NCBI GenBank assembly: GCA_963663965.2
Contig: CAXXFK010000015.1
Span: 1-64,000 of the forward strand
Direction of reading: 5' to 3'
DNA from: Sedimentisphaerales bacterium
GTDB taxonomy: Bacteria; Planctomycetota; Phycisphaerae; Sedimentisphaerales; SM23-30
DNA: 64,000 nt
The notes below the pieces were generated by a model. That model saw nothing but the letters and a program-made list of their open reading frames with translations, did not search any database and was not told the origin of the DNA. The translations under genes were made by a program, and so were the position numbers. Positions within the stretch are counted from its first letter, which is position 1, and every line of letters starts with the position of its first letter. Shown one piece after another: positions 62,395 to 64,000 of this stretch.

Positions 62395-64000
62395 TTGCCC
62401 GGACCGTTTTCGGGAATAACCCGCACGTACGCCCGGCTAACTCGTTACCGTCATATCATGGCCGTATTGATCAAATACGGCTTCGAGGAAGTAGCGGGTC
62501 TGGTTTCGACTCGTTTTCGAGTCAAAGTAGCCTCCGCAGGGACTGCAGCTTCCGCGCAAAATGAAATAACGCGTACCAGTCTGCCGCAACGTACACGAAT
62601 GGCTCTTGAAGAACTGGGCCCAACTTTTGTCAAATTGGGCCAGTTGCTGAGTACCCGTCCGGACTTGGTGCCGGATCGATTCATCAAAGAACTTGAACTG
62701 TTGCAGGATCGGGTCACTCCGGAAAAATACCAACGAATTCGCGACCAAATCCACTCCAATCTGGGTGGCTGGCCAGAAGAAATATTTGCACATTTTGATG
62801 AAGAACCGCTGGCCGCCGCCAGTATCGCACAAGTTCACCGCGCCCGTACGCATGATGGCCGGGAAGTTGTCGTAAAAGTCAGGAGAAGCGGCATCGTTAA
62901 GACCATCAGAACGGAATTGGAAATTCTTTTTGACGTTGCCAAATTAATCAATAAACGCTTTGCTGCACCCGAAAACTTTGACGCAGTTCACATGATTCGT
63001 GAATTCAGCCAGGCAGTCAACAAAGAAGTTGACTTTAATAACGAACGTCTCAATCAACGACGTTTCCGTCAACTGTTTAAAGATGACCCCGCCATACATG
63101 TTCCCGAGATTCTTGAGGAGTATTGTGGAGAGGGCATTCTGACCATGGAATTCATTGATGGGATCAAGCCTTCTCAGGTAGAGCAACTAAAAGAGGCCGG
63201 TCTTGATCCAGCGGAAATCGCGCGCCGAGGCGCTGAATTTGTCATCCGACAGGTTTATGATTACGGTTTTTTTCATGCCGATCCTCATCCGGGTAATTTT
63301 TTAGTTATCGAGAATAATATCTTGGCTCCACTGGATTTCGGTCAGGTGGGACGGTTGACCAGACAAGATAAACTCCTTCTCCAGCAGATTCTTATGGCAA
63401 TCGTTAATAAGGATGGCGCCCGGATGGTATACGCTCTTGAGAATGCCGACATGCTGGGTGAAAACACTAATACGCTGGAACTCACGCGCGATCTCGAAGA
63501 TATCATCGATTCCTATGGGGATTTACCACTTAAAGACATCCCGTTCCGTGAAGCCATTGGACGCAGTTTTGACGTTTTACGCCGTCATCATGTCCGTCCG
63601 CCTCGCGATTTTACTATTATGCTGAAATGCCTGATGACTATCGAGTCATTCGCCAAAAAGCTGGATAATAACTTTGAAATATTTGCTTTACTTAAACCTT
63701 ACGCCCGAAAACTGGCTATGGAAGAGATGAACCCAGCCAGTGTTTTGCAGCATCTTTATAAAACTGCTCGTGAGGCTTCCGGCCTGATCGCGCGCCTGCC
63801 TCAGGATACCGCTGTTATTATCAACAAATTCCGCCGCGGTCAGTTTAAAATCCATGTACACCACGAACATCTGGAAGAATTAGAACAGACGGTAGATAAC
63901 AGTTCAAACCGCCTGAGTTTCGCGATTATTATTGCGGCGCTTTTAGTCGGGTCGAGCCTGCTGATTTCGCAAAGCGGTTTTGTTCTTGGGATTATCAGTT
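62395..64000 (+). CDS. ABC1/UbiB/AarF atypical kinase, running off the window edge
   Basis: Not in the ORF track. Hand translation from TTG 62395 (SD AGGAG) gives RYRHIMAVLIKYGF, EELGPTFVKLGQLLSTRPD, AAASIAQVH, FFHADPHPGN, LDFG. Confidence 0.93.
   Translation, partial: MPGPFSGITRTYARLTRYRHIMAVLIKYGFEEVAGLVSTRFRVKVASAGTAASAQNEITRTSLPQRTRMALEELGPTFVKLGQLLSTRPDLVPDRFIKELELLQDRVTPEKYQRIRDQIHSNLGGWPEEIFAHFDEEPLAAASIAQVHRARTHDGREVVVKVRRSGIVKTIRTELEILFDVAKLINKRFAAPENFDAVHMIREFSQAVNKEVDFNNERLNQRRFRQLFKDDPAIHVPEILEEYCGEGILTMEFIDGIKPSQVEQLKEAGLDPAEIARRGAEFVIRQVYDYGFFHADPHPGNFLVIENNILAPLDFGQVGRLTRQDKLLLQQILMAIVNKDGARMVYALENADMLGENTNTLELTRDLEDIIDSYGDLPLKDIPFREAIGRSFDVLRRHHVRPPRDFTIMLKCLMTIESFAKKLDNNFEIFALLKPYARKLAMEEMNPASVLQHLYKTAREASGLIARLPQDTAVIINKFRRGQFKIHVHHEHLEELEQTVDNSSNRLSFAIIIAALLVGSSLLISQSGFVLGIIS

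Overview
This is a gene-dense 64 kb bacterial chromosomal segment. Gene content suggests a planctomycete, probably Phycisphaerae/Sedimentisphaerales-like (inference from the LamG/Ig/dockerin-like secreted proteins, ECF-FecR pair, DUF1573 and groEL-groES-groEL). In order it holds: an S9-type peptidase start, an exported EEP nuclease/phosphatase, a long multi-HTH sigma-70 factor, a CPBP protease, DsrE, a DUF1573 plus tetraheme cytochrome pair, and rimO. Next are an IS1182-like remnant abutting a decayed chemoreceptor, and an AraC-linked four-gene flavoenzyme/SDR/NRAMP-fold catabolic cassette. An ECF/FecR cassette follows, whose anti-sigma sensor domain recurs in both downstream secreted proteins. 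Then come a groEL-groES-groEL-dnaJ-grpE-fmdB-yacG operon behind a sigma-54-type promoter (IHF site, two upstream palindromes), rtcB and a PIN/TRAM gene. After these is a six-gene minus-strand signalling operon: membrane-anchored PspA-like coiled coil, TPR-like/FHA-like protein, polytopic Ser/Thr kinase, two paralogous membrane proteins and a Zn-finger-extended ECF sigma. The window ends with a fucose-type sugar locus (GH29, FucP, FucU, AKR, Zn-dehydrogenase, AraC), GH51, GH106, a phasin and an ABC1/UbiB kinase. I saw no rRNA, tRNA or CRISPR array. The best candidate for an undescribed system is the PspA-like/kinase/ECF operon at 38488-47385. All calls come from reading motifs by eye; no searches were run.
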